Below are positions 1 to 11,260 of a stretch of 64,000 nucleotides of DNA, piece by piece. The notes beneath the pieces are model-generated. The model ran no database searches. It was not told the DNA's origin and worked only from the letters and a program-made list of their open reading frames with translations. Both the position numbers and the translations under genes were made by a program. Origin of the DNA: Glaucostegus cemiculus (lineage: Eukaryota); assembly GCA_976551045.1 (NCBI GenBank), contig CDPCPM010000078.1, forward strand, positions 5,580,001 to 5,644,000, given 5' to 3'. Position 1 is the stretch's first letter. Each line of letters opens with the position of its first letter.

Positions 1-264
1 GACTCGAAGAGGCAAAGCCAGCTGGCAGCTGATACAGGGTAGCAAGAACAGAGGAAATGAGGGACCCAGTAGGGACACCTGCAGTGGAATGGGCGGCTGA
101 AGGAGCTCCTCTTCCTCTGTTTTGCTCTGTCTAGAAATAGTGAGAAACCACCCCCCCACCCCCGACAAATACATAAAGCTCACTGACAGCGATAAAGTAG
201 CAAAGAAGACAGGGTTTACAGAAATTGTCCTGGTGAAGCAAACAGGATAAAATACCTTGAGCTC

Positions 265-519
265 AAGCTGAGCGCTCCCTTATGTTCACTTATGACTAGT
301 TGCATTTCTCTGGTTTCCTCTCACACCCCAAACATTAATTAGTCACTGTAAATCAATCCAAGTGTGTAAATGAGTGATAGAATCTGGGGGGGGGGGGGAG
401 ATGAAGGGAATGTGGGGAGAATGGAATGGGATTAGTATAGGATTAGTGCAAATGGGTGCTTGATAGTAAGCATAGACAGGGTAGGCCAAAGGGCTGGATC
501 TGTGCTGTTTGATTCTATA
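265..519 (+). mobile_element. HE1/V-SINE-type SINE, degenerate, with CR1(HER1)-like 3' tail
   Basis: Body GGTTTCCTCTCACACCCCAAA...CACTGTAAAT...GGGAATGTGGGGAGAAT matches the copies at 32640, 52340 and 56178. It ends in GGCCAAAGGGCTGGATCTGTGCTG..TTCTAT, the tail shared with CR1 copies in this window. Confidence 0.7.
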
Positions 520-594
520 GCTCAATGGCCCAATGCAGTATTTCTGCCAGGCTCTCTTGGCAAGTTGGAGAGTGGGCAGGAATTTTGGAACTTT

Positions 595-950
595 GAATCA
601 GAATCAGAATCAGTTTTATTGTCACAACCATATACATACATAGTATGCATAGGAGCGAGATACCGTCCTCCTCAGGTGCTCGTCCCATTAAATAACAACC
701 AACAGAGACACACAGACACACTTAACAGAATAAACATTAAACAACATTAAACATTAAAAACTACAGAAGTTAAAATTAAATTAATATGCAGATTAAATAA
801 AAAATGGCCGGTAAATAAATAAATAGTTATTAAAGTGAACGGACTGGTGGCGGGCATTTAAAGTGCTGGTGCATTTCTGTGCACCTAGCATCTCTTAGTG
901 TTAACAAGGAAGATGGAGGGATGAGAGAGTTGGTGTTGAACAGTAATGTG
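595..950 (-). mobile_element. 3' end of a non-LTR retroelement (probably Rex1-type) with (TGATTC)n tail
   Basis: GAATCAGAATCAGAATCAG followed by TTTTATTGTCAC, which reads AATAAA plus a microsatellite tail on the minus strand. The inner boundary is uncertain. Confidence 0.5.
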
Positions 951-1569
951 CAGGAATGAAATCCAGCACTCCTTCACTCCACACCCACTGGGGTGACTGG
1001 GTTAAAATTGTGCCTTACCTTGCAGCTGAAGTAAGTTGCTCCATGAGCAGTTTGCTTCACTCCAAACTGGAGAAGCAAATTTCCTTCCCTTCTTGGTCAT
1101 CTATCAGCAGAGGAAAGTCCACACAGAGGAATGTAACACTTATGGAACTTTGAAGTAATTTCACCATAACAAACAGGCAGAAAACTGTGTCTGGAATCAG
1201 CTTATAAAAAGCCAAATTAAGAATCACTGAAGCTATCTGATTTAACAAGGATGTTAAGTGTGCAGGACATAAAAGCTGAAGGGTTTGCAGAAGAAACTCG
1301 TTTTCATGATGCGCCAATTCAGACATTTCATCATTACAAGTTGGCAGTGCTGCCCTTCAGACAGGAAGCCAGCTGCTTCCATTTAAAGCCAATAAGAGAA
1401 TCTGTGGATTTGGCTACTCTCTGCTGCCTTGTATGCAAGTGGAATTGGCATTGCAGCTCTCACAGGCCGTCCATTCTGTACAGACTGATCAATCCTTTTG
1501 CTTTCATTTCTTGGCATTAAATAAAAGGCTTGTGCATTAAATTCTTGTGCATTAAATAAAAGCCTTACC

Positions 1570-2000
1570 CTTTGAGGAAAAGTCATGGGATGTTAGCTCA
1601 TTGTTTCATCATTTTGATTGTCTCCTTCACCCACTTCAGTCCAACACATGTCCTACATATGGCTGCACTGGTAATTAAAGAGACGTCTGTCTCCATCCAG
1701 GTGTCTGCCCTTGAATAGTCACAAGAAATCCTATTTCTTTCTCTCATTTCAACATTGTGGGTGCTCAGTATTCATGGGTTAATGCAGCTGAAATCTTTAC
1801 ACATTTTTTTCCATTGGAGGGGCTAGGTGAAAGGAGGTCAGTGGGAATTATAAAATTGGATGTGAATTATGTTTAAGTTTTTTTTGTGAAATAAATTCAT
1901 ATTGCTTTTAAGCTTAAGGAACAGGATCTGAAAATGCAATGTTCTACTCATTCATCCGTGACGAAGGAAATTCTATGCAAGTCCGGAGGCTAAATGCGGC
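1570..2000. repeat. Copy A of an unidentified diverged ~450-bp duplicate (copy B at 4098-4560)
   Basis: Collinear shared anchors: ATGTCCTACATATGrCTGCA (1648/4162), ATAAATTC..TTTTAAGCTTAA (1891/4447), GAAGGAAATTCT (1963/4521). Confidence 0.75.
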
Positions 2001-2304
2001 TAGGTGTCTCGTCATTCCAGCTAGTTTCTGAAAGCTTACCTTGATCTCAAGACTCAGTTAAACACTAGATGTAGGAGTTTGTCTATGAGAATTACTTAAT
2101 GACAGCCAGAATTTTCTTGAGTAAAGAAATCCCAAACACCTAACACTAACTTGTATCTCCTTATTTTGAATAAGTAAGCAAGTAGTTTCCTCACCTAATA
2201 TTGTAAGCTAACACCTTTGAATCCTTTTCTAAATGAAATTATTCATATAATTTTGTCCTATTATTTAAGTATCTTTACAATATACGTACAGGTAGGTTAA
2301 CTTG

Positions 2305-2380
2305 GGGGTTTAAAATGGGCAGTGCGGACTTGTTGGGCTGAAAGGGCCTGTTACCATGCTGTAAATAAAATTTAAAATTT
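2305..2380 (+). mobile_element. CR1 LINE 3' tail fragment
   Basis: GGACTTGTTGGGCTGAAAGGGCCTGTTACCATGCTGTA tail motif. Confidence 0.6.
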
Positions 2381-2850
2381 AAAATATTTTGACTATCCAT
2401 TAGATTAACTACCAATATCTGGTTTGTTAAGATGTAGTAACGTGGCAATTCATTAACTATATATGCACTAATTGCATAAATAATTAAAATACCTATGTTA
2501 CAGATCACAAGTTCGCTCTTTCACTAATTGGTGCTCTCAGGATTGCCTAGAATTCCTCTGGGCTCTTCTCAATTGCCTCTGAATCCTGATTTTTTTTTAA
2601 TTTTTAAAATTATTGCTAGTTTCATTTTATTCTGCTACTTAATTGCAATCCTTTCAGTCACAATTGTTGCTGAATTGAGTTACGGAAACATAAATTTCAA
2701 CTTTGATTACAACCTGTTTGGAAGTAACTATAAGTGTGTATTAATAAATTGGTTAACAGGGTCAACAGCCTAAACATTCAATCACTAATGAAACTGCATT
2801 GTGAAGTGATGCTCTGCAAGGGTCTTGCACCAACTTGTTCCTTGTGATAT

Positions 2851-2968
2851 ACACGATTTTAGTGTGTGTATCGCATGCACTTAAACAGCACACGATTTTA
2901 GTGTGTGTATCGCATGCACTTAAACAGCACACGATTTTAGTGTGTGTATCGCATGCACTTAAACAGCA
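2851..2968. repeat. Perfect minisatellite, 3 x 39 bp
   Basis: ACACGATTTTAGTGTGTGTATCGCATGCACTTAAACAGC occurs at 2851, 2890 and 2929 without mismatch. Confidence 0.97.
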
Positions 2969-3024
2969 TCAATCATTATCCTTTTTGCATTGGGGCACAC
3001 TAACCATAAGTAATTTATTATTTT

Positions 3025-3520
3025 TGGTTTATTATTATCACATTTACCAAGATACAGTGAAAAGCTTTAATCTGGCATGCCATCCAGACAGTTCATGCCA
3101 TATATAATCATATCAACATAGGAAAAAGAAAACAGAATGCAGAATACACTGCTGCAATTACAGAGAAAGTGCAGTGCAGGTAGACAAATAAAGTGCAAGG
3201 ACCACAATGAGGTAGACTGCAAGATCAAGAGTTCAAGAATTCATCCTTCAGCATATGAGAGGTCTGTTCAAGAGTCTGATAACAGTGGGATCAATGCTGT
3301 CCTTGGGGCTGGTGATACATGCTCTCAAGCTTTTGTATCTTCTGCCCGACGGGAGAAGGGAGAAGAGAAAATAACTGGAGTAGGAAGGGTCCTGACTATG
3401 TTAGCTATAGGAAGTGTAGACAGAGTCACTGGAGGTGAGGCTGGTTTGCATGATGGACTGGGCTGTGTTCACAACTCTGTGATTCCTTTTGGTGTTGGCC
3501 AAGTTGTGATGTGTCTGGAT
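3025..3520 (-). mobile_element. Rex1/Babar-type LINE 3' fragment
   Basis: Reverse complement of the copy at 40180-40610 (SGRRYKSLRA..RLK.SF C-terminus plus 3' UTR). Confidence 0.75.
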
Positions 3521-4097
3521 AATTTCAAGAAAATTGTGCCACCACTGAAGCAAGCCTGTGCTAATTGATGTCATACTTCTGAGAAAGGGAGGGATCACTG
3601 AATGCAATCACTATTGAAATTCATTGTGTACCCACAGGGCAATTTTTTTAACAGTGGCAAAACACCTTGGTGGAAACAATGGGCAACAAAATACTACCTG
3701 CACTCTCAGGCACCCAGGTCTGAGATTAAGTGATTGTGGGAGGAATTCAAGGAGTGATTCCCCCTCAAACTTGTTCTAGCCCACAAAGTGGCTTCCTGTG
3801 TATAGTTAGGGTCCTTAAACACACAGGAAAATGGGAAAATGGAGAGGGAGTAGACCATATAGACCTTTGATCCTGCTCCATTATTCAATAAAACCATGGC
3901 TGATTTCAACTTTGGCCTATTCTTCTGGCTGATCCCTGTAACCCTCGCTTCCCTTCTAGTGCATCGACAAAGCCTATCAGCCTAAGTGCTTGGTAAATGG
4001 GATTAGAACAGATGGATACTTAATGGTCAGCATGGACTTGGTGGGCCTGAGGGCCTGTTTCCCTGCTGTGTGACTCTATGATCAGCCTACAATTCTC

Positions 4098-4560
4098 CTT
4101 TGAGGCATGAGTCCAATGATTCATTATTTTAGTTGTTTCTGTCACTTCCTCCAACCCATATATGTCCTACATATGACTGCATTGATAAATCAAGAGAAAA
4201 TACCCTCTGCCCGCGTCCCTGCCAATGTTTGTCAGATATAGTCATTGCGTGACTATATTTCATTCTCTTTACTCATTCCCAGGTATTCTGGGCTGCAGCG
4301 TGCACTTCAAAAATATTTTTAATGTTTAGCTTATTACCTTCCAGTTGAAATCTTGTTCACATTTTATACATTTGATGTACTTGGTGGAAAGATATCTGGT
4401 GAATTGTGGAACTGTTACAAGTGACCATTGTTCATTTTTTGTAAGATAAATTCTCATTAGTTTTAAGCTTAAAAACAAGGCCTGAAGGTTTTAATGCTCC
4501 AACCCATATATGTCAACAATGAAGGAAATTCTGAGAGACCGGAAGTTATGTGGAGTTGAC
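4098..4560. repeat. Copy B of the unidentified diverged duplicate (copy A at 1570-2000)
   Basis: Same anchors as copy A, in the same orientation, with indels between them. Confidence 0.75.
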
Positions 4561-4749
4561 CGGCAGTTTTCACACTGACACACTGTTCAATGCAGCACAC
4601 CTTAAAATCATCTCTATCAAGTAACATTGCTTGCCACCAGTCATATATCCCAAGGCACACATGTGCACGCACACACCTGCTGTACAACAATATCAGGCAT
4701 GTCACATGGCCATCCTGGACATTCTTCCCTCTCTCTTTCAGGAGAAGGT

Positions 4750-6005
4750 GTCATGCAAGCCCAATCATTCCAAGAACTGTTCCATCAGCCAAATCATAAT
4801 CATTAACAAGTTGCTGGAAACCATCATCCACCGTGCAATCAAGCCGAACTTATTCACAAACAACCTGCTCAATTTTGGACACTTGTTTCCAGACTTTATT
4901 GCAGACTTGGTCCAAACATGGACTCAACAGCTAACTTGGTGAAGTAAAAGTGATTGCTCTTGAGGTAAAGGTAACATTTTACGGAGGGGAGCATTGTAAA
5001 ACTCCAATCAAATTGAACAATTGAACTCAGTGGTAAAATCTCTTCACTGGCTTGTGATGAAACAAAGGAAGATAGCTGTGGTTATTGGTCAAACATCTCA
5101 GCTGCTGCACATTAGCGCAGGAGTTTCTGAGGGCAGTATCCTTGGCCTAACCACTGTCAACTGGTTCATCAATGGCCTTCCTTTCATCATAAGCTTAGAA
5201 GTACTGATGCTTCATTTGTAATTGCTCAGTTAATGTTATGAACTGTGACCACCTAAAACAAGACCTGAACAACATTCAACCTTGAGCCAGGGGCAAGTTA
5301 TATTCAAACTACATATCAGGCATTGACCATCTCCATCAAGAGTCCAACCGCCTCTGCTTGACATTTATTTGCATTACCATTGTTGATTTCCTCATCATAT
5401 TGTCAAATTTCCTCATCATCAATATCCTGATTGTCAATATTAACCAGAAATTTAACTGGATTAGCCACATAAATACTAAGGCAGAAAGAGCTAGTCAGAG
5501 GCTTGGCATCCTGAACAGAATGATTCATTCTCTGGCTCCCTAAAACCTTCATGTCATCTACAAGACACATCAGGAGTGAGCTGAAATTCTCTCCACTTGC
5601 CTGGATGAGGATAAACCCCCAAGACATTCAAGTGACTTGATGTCAACCGGGACAAAGCAACTTGCTTCACACTTTAACCATCACCTTAAACATTCACCCC
5701 CTCCACCACTGGTACACATGCAATGCATTCATATCTCATGACTCCTTTGATGGTAACTTTGAAACTTCTGCTCAAGAGGATTGGGAAGGATAAGGTGCAT
5801 GGATCATCCTTCTCCTTCACATCATAACTTGGGAAAAATGTCATTCTTTTCTCATTGCTGTGGATAATAGAACTCTCTGCTTACATGCATTGTTCCCATA
5901 CAGACTGTTGCAGTTGAAAGAGGTAACTCACCACTGCTTCTCAGAGACAATTAAGGATGGAATTGCAAGGCTTGCCACTGACATCCACATCCCATGATTG
6001 AAAAG
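4750..6005 (+). mobile_element. Old CR1/L2-superfamily LINE (second family), RT to 3' end, decayed
   Basis: Remnants KLLETIIHRAIK..LFTNNLL, PDFIADLVQTWT, SAGVSEGSILG, NW.SHINT...ASQRLGIL, with many stops and frameshifts. Confidence 0.75.
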
Positions 6006-6949
6006 GAAAACAAGGTCAATGGTTATTCAAAAACTGCTACTACAGTAGAAGAAAAAAATGCACAAATCAACTCTGCTCTTTCAGGTCTTACCTCATCAAA
6101 ATGGAATAAAGGCAAACTCATTATCAAATTAAATGATAAGATACAACTGCTTTACTTAAAATAAGTTCTTGACTGCATTACTTATTGACTAAAAGTGAAT
6201 AATCATTATGTCAAATAAGGATACTGAATGAATCAACTGTAAAACTGAGTAAAATTTAACTCTGATCTGTGATTAATCAAATGTGAATAATCACTGTATG
6301 CGATTTGTTCAGTCAATTATAACATACATTTAACATATCACATTTTAGTAAGTATTTGTGTGATACAGAATTGTTGCAATAATATCTTTATAAATCAGCT
6401 GTCTAGAAGAAGGTTATTGGATTGCCATGTCACTTATGTAACCGGAGACCAGGACCAAATCCAGATGTTATGTCAGAAAATCATTCCTAGACATACATCC
6501 TGTGAAGTTCTTAGCAGGACATATCTGTTTTAATGGACTGCCTTCCCACATCCATTTTAACAGAAAGATATTGAGGCAATTCTAACTTTAGGTTATAGTA
6601 AAAATGACTAATTTTGATTCAGTTCTGTGTAACACATGGGATCATGGAGCAGAGCAGAAGGCCAGTTGGTTCATTATGAACGCACCAGCTGATCAAAAAT
6701 GCTCTCCAATTAGTCACACTCTCCTGAGCTTCTCTGAAACTTTTCGTTCAGGAAATGGAAATGAAAATCGGAAGAAATTATTAATGGTCCAAATGGAGGT
6801 AATAAAGGACTTTTTGTGACCTTTTTATTATCCTGGATTTGGAGGTTTGACCTCTTAGATGGCGGGCAAGTGGGGGGGGGGTGGTGTGCGGGAAAAGGGT
6901 GTTGAACAACCTTTACCCAGGGATGGATCAGCAGCGGCTTGTGTATGTG

Positions 6950-7200
6950 CACTATGAGATCTCTTGCCAAAATTGCTCCATTGTGCGGGGATTCTTAGTC
7001 TCTTAGTCCTGGAGGAGATAACTGTTGACACCTCCTGCCACATTCTTCTCATGTGGTTGGCCTGCTGCCCCACCTTCCATAGCACATGACTTCTGTGGCA
7101 AGGCAAGGGTTAAGACAGTGTGCAGGCAGAGATGGTTTGCAGACAGTCTACAGTCAGCCGTGCTGAGCAAGGTCCTTGAGAGCTTAGCTCCTGTTTGCAC
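6950..7200 (-). pseudogene. Possible decayed Harbinger-type Myb/SANT-like ORF
   Basis: Minus ORF 6855..7106 contains RSHVLW..G.....RRMWQEVSTVISSRTKRLRIPAQW, resembling the R..VLF...W.EVA..VS.....RT..QC pattern of Harbinger Myb-like proteins. Resemblance is by eye only. Confidence 0.35.
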
Positions 7201-8854
7201 AGCATGGGAGCCGAGGTCACCAGGCACACCAAGACAAGATAGCGATGCAGACAAAGGATTGTAAGGCACACACTAACTATTGGACAAATACTTGACTAAC
7301 TCCAAGGTATTATTGTCCATTAACATGCAGTTTCTATTGGTCATTAACACCTATATTAATGGCATGTGATTGGTATTTTGTGTATGCAAATGAGGGATTC
7401 TAAGGTGCCCAAAGATTTTAATTGGTCAATATCTGTTTAAAAAGACAACTCTTTGTTGAAACTTTGGAATAGTTTGGTGACAATGGTTGGATTGTTCTAC
7501 TTGTGCACAAGTAAATGAAGTATGATTGAGAAACGAGTGCAAGTTGTCAGAGTCCAGTCAACATTGGTGATGATACTTCTTCCTGGCATGCATTTCATTA
7601 CTAAGTCCCTCTCTGTAAATCTGGGAGCTCTCCTTCTCTCTTGCAGTCTCTCCCTCCTCCACAGCAGTCAAAGTGTGTGTTTCTGCTCTCTGGCTGCCAT
7701 GGGGAGTGCCCCTTGGAGGCCTGGCCAGGCGTCAGCAGCCACAATAAGTGTGGTCCATCATGAAACAGGCTGGTCCTGTTTTAATGCTTCTTTCTCATGC
7801 TGCTTTAACTGTCCTTTTCACAAATTTCACAAACCTTTGAGGGGGAATGTACATGACACCAGTGCTAATGTGGTCTTGGCTCCTTAGAAACAGATGGTAT
7901 CCATCCTTTAAGTGTATGTTCTTTAAAGGGAGATGACCCTGCTCGCTCCTCATACTCTCCTCTGCGACCCTGTGACCACATTAACCTGGCACAGCTCTGT
8001 ATGTCCAATTGCACTGGAGACCTCGTTACAGCAAAGCAGTGCATGAGCAGCAACTAGGGTGGACTCTTCAGTGCTGCCCCCACTCCCTACACTTTATCCG
8101 TGCTCACGAGGAATATAATTGGATGAATTATAAATTGTTATAATATTTTCAAAACCATAAAAATTAAGCCAATTTAAAATACTAATATTAAAATAAACAG
8201 AAATAACATATCACTTTTTTTTCTATCCAGCTTGATGCCGTTAAGCAAATGCATCAGATAAGGTGCATCAGATATAGTGTATCTGACCCTTCTGGTCCCC
8301 TGTACGTTCTGTACTTCTGCACTACAGTGGGCAGGCATAGAAGTCAGGGACACAACAATCCATGCGACGCTGTTAGCCAGCATTTCTCCTGGGAGCTGTC
8401 AGCTGAAGAGGAGATGATCCGGGCCAATAGAACAAAACTTAATCACTCCCCACATTAATTGAGAAACGTTCTGTGTTTTCTTCGTGTTTATATCGTTTTG
8501 TTACGAAGTCTTACAGACCTGAGGGAAGTTTTGGCTCATGGAATAAATAACACTCAATGATTTCCAGAAGAGAAGGTGTTTGCAATTATTTCAATTGGGG
8601 TTGCTCTTTCTTCTTTGATCTTAAGATTATCCATCTTGGATTCCTCAGCAGTGGATGGTGTTTTGAATGCTTTGAGAACAATGTATTATGTGTGACTGCA
8701 CCTTGCCAGTCACTGCAAATGGCTGCATGTTATCTGGATTGGCTTGCTTCTGTGTCGATTGCATTTCACAAGAACTGTATCCCTAGCCTGCTGATCTGAA
8801 TTATAAATGTTTCTCTGCAATCGTTTTCATGATGTTTTACTTGACCTTATAACA

Positions 8855-9050
8855 TTCATGCGCTGCCTGGGGTGGTAGTAGAGGCAGATACGATGGACAG
8901 GTTCAAGAGATTGTTAGATAGGCACATGGAAGAATGTGGAATAGTAGGATATGTGGGAGGAAAGAGTTAGATTGTGAGATGTTTGAAGGATGGCACAACT
9001 TGATGGGCCGAAGGGCCTGTTTTGTTCTGTAAGGTTCTATGGTTCTATGA
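8855..9050 (+). mobile_element. CR1 (HER1-type) LINE 3' end, young subfamily
   Basis: Near-identical to the 3' end of the copy at 56926-57725; ends in TTCTATGGTTCTATG. Confidence 0.85.
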
Positions 9051-9229
9051 TTCACATAGATGTCTATTATCTTGTGGGGTGTCTCCGATGGCTGAGTAAA
9101 AATGAACATAACTTATGGTTGTTCAGTGCAGCACTGCTGTATAGTTTTAAAGGTTACTGCTTCCACACTTTTCCTTCACTATGAATAGTATGGACAACTT
9201 TGTTTAATATTTATGTAAATCTCACCATT

Positions 9230-10770
9230 TCTTCACTGAAGCATAGGTGAAGTTGTGAATAGTGTAGAAGACTGGCGATGGATACAGCGTGATATAGATC
9301 AGTTGCAGATGTGGGTAGAGAAATGGCAGATGGAGTTTAACCCGGAGAAATGGGAGGTGTTGCACCTTGGTAGGACTAATGTCAAGAGGCAGTACACTTT
9401 TCTTTTTCAATCTTTTTATTGATAACAAATCATTACAGGTTAAGATATATAACAACAATGTTTACACATGTATTATATAAATATAAAATAAATCGTAGAT
9501 AATCATAAAAAAAGCAATAAAATATGATGTATATAAAAGAAATAATTCCAACAATATCTCAGTTCATAAATGTAATATAAAAAAGAAAAAAGAAAAAGAT
9601 TTGTTATATAATTAGAAAAACAAAACAAAACAAAAAAAAAACCCAAAACATTTTTTAAGAAAAAACAATTTAAAAAATCATAATATAGAATAAATTGAAC
9701 CAAAAATGAATTTAAAAAAAAGGGGAAAAAAAACAAAACAAGAAGAAAAAAAAAACGGGGCTAAAATTCAATAGAGATAGAACAATATAATGTCGTCAGC
9801 TCCGTTTCTCTAAATTTAAAAAAAAGTTATAGAAGGGGAGACTACATTGTATGAAAGTATTGAATAAATGGACTCCAAACATCTTCAAATTTAAGCGAAG
9901 AATCAACAGTACCACTCCTAATTTTTTCCAAATTAAGACATGAAATAGTTTGAGAGAACCATTGAAAAGTGGTAGGGGGTATTGGATCCTTCCATTTGAG
10001 CAGAATTGCTCGTTTGGCCATCAATGTAGGCAGTACACTTTTAAGGGCAAGATCCTTAACAGTGTTGAAGAGCAGAGAGACCTTGGGGTGAAAATCCATG
10101 ACTCATTGAAAGTGGCTACACAGGTAGATAGGGTGGTTAAGAAGGCTTATGGAATGCTTGCATTTATTAATCAAGGTATTGAGTATCAGAGTTGAGAAGT
10201 TATGGTGCATCTCTATAGAACTCTGGTTAGGCGGCATTTAGAGGATTGCAATGAATTCTGGTCACCTCACTATAGGAAAGATGTCAAGGCTTTAGAGAGG
10301 GTGCAGAGGAGGTTTACCCAGATGCTGCCTGGATTAGAGGGCATGTGCTATCAGGAGAGGATGGACAAACTTGGGCTCTTTTTTCTGGAGTGGCAGAGGC
10401 TGAGTGGTAATCTGTTGGAAGTGTATAAAATTATGAGGGGCATAGATAGGGTGGACAAGCAATACCTTTATCCCATTATTGAGCATTCCAATACCAGAGG
10501 GCATGCATTTAAGGTGAGAGGGGGTAGGTTCAGAACAGACGTGAGGGATACATTTTTTACTGAAAGAGTGGTGGATGCCTGGAATGCATTGCCTGATAGG
10601 GTGGTGGAGGCAAATTCATTGGAGGTTTTTAAGAGGGGCTTGGATGGGCACATGAATGAGAGGAAAATAGAGGGATATGGGCATTTTGTAGGTAGGAGGG
10701 ATTAGCTATGTTTGCACAACATTGTGGGCAGAAGGGCCTGTTCTGTGCTGAACTGTTCTATGTTCTATGT
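9230..10770 (+). mobile_element. CR1 LINE, 5'-truncated ORF2 C-terminus and tail, interrupted by an L1
   Basis: WQMEFNPEKWEVLHLGRTNVKRQYT|FKGKILNSVEEQRDLGV is continuous once the L1 is removed. ORF 10202..10705 gives LYRTLVR..L..C..FWSPHY..LERVQRRFT and TRGH..K..GGRF. (TTCTATG)n tail. Confidence 0.92.
9402..10027 (-). mobile_element. L1-clade LINE, 5'-truncated, 15-bp TSD
   Basis: ORF2 end AKRAILLKWKDPIPPT..QW...LEKIR...W.PFI followed by a T-rich 3' UTR and AATAAA. TSD AGGCAGTACACTTTT at 9387-9401 and 10028-10042. Confidence 0.93.
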
Positions 10771-10792
10771 ACTCACCATTGAACAGAGGTCG

Positions 10793-11260
10793 TAGTTGGA
10801 TATGTGATCTGGTCTATAGGTGTGGGCAGTTGGAGATCCAGTAATGTATGGAGTTGGAGATGTAACCTGATCTGTGGGTGGATGACCTTTGAGATGAAAC
10901 TGGACGAGAATGGACCTGGGGTTGGGGAGAGTTGGAGATGTGATCTGGTGGATCACACCAGATCTGCGAAAGGGTGGAGTGGGAATGCAATCAGGTTCGA
11001 GGGTGGGAGGATTGGAGATGTGATCTGGTCTAAGAGTTGGGCCATTGAAGATGTGAACTGGTCCAAGTGTTGGGTCATTGGAGAGATGATCTTGTTCAAG
11101 TGTTGGGTCATTGGCGATATGATATGGTCCAAGTGTTGGGTCATTGGAGGTATGATCTGGTCCAAGTGTTGGGTCATTGGAGATCTGGTCTAAGTGTTAG
11201 TTCAATGGAGATCTGGTCTAAGTTTTGGGTCATTGGAGATCTAGTCCAAGTGTTGGATCA
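10793..11260. repeat. Degenerate ~33-bp minisatellite (GATvTGATCTGGTCCAAGTGTTGGGTCATTGGA)
   Basis: Clearest units lie at 11020-11190 (repeating WSKCWVIGD in translation). Units shorten to ~27-28 bp on the right and are more decayed on the left. Confidence 0.85.

Noticed and set aside
2851-2968. CRISPR-like array (also considered for 10793-11260)
   Set aside because: Units are head-to-tail with no unique spacers, there are no cas genes, and the context is eukaryotic.
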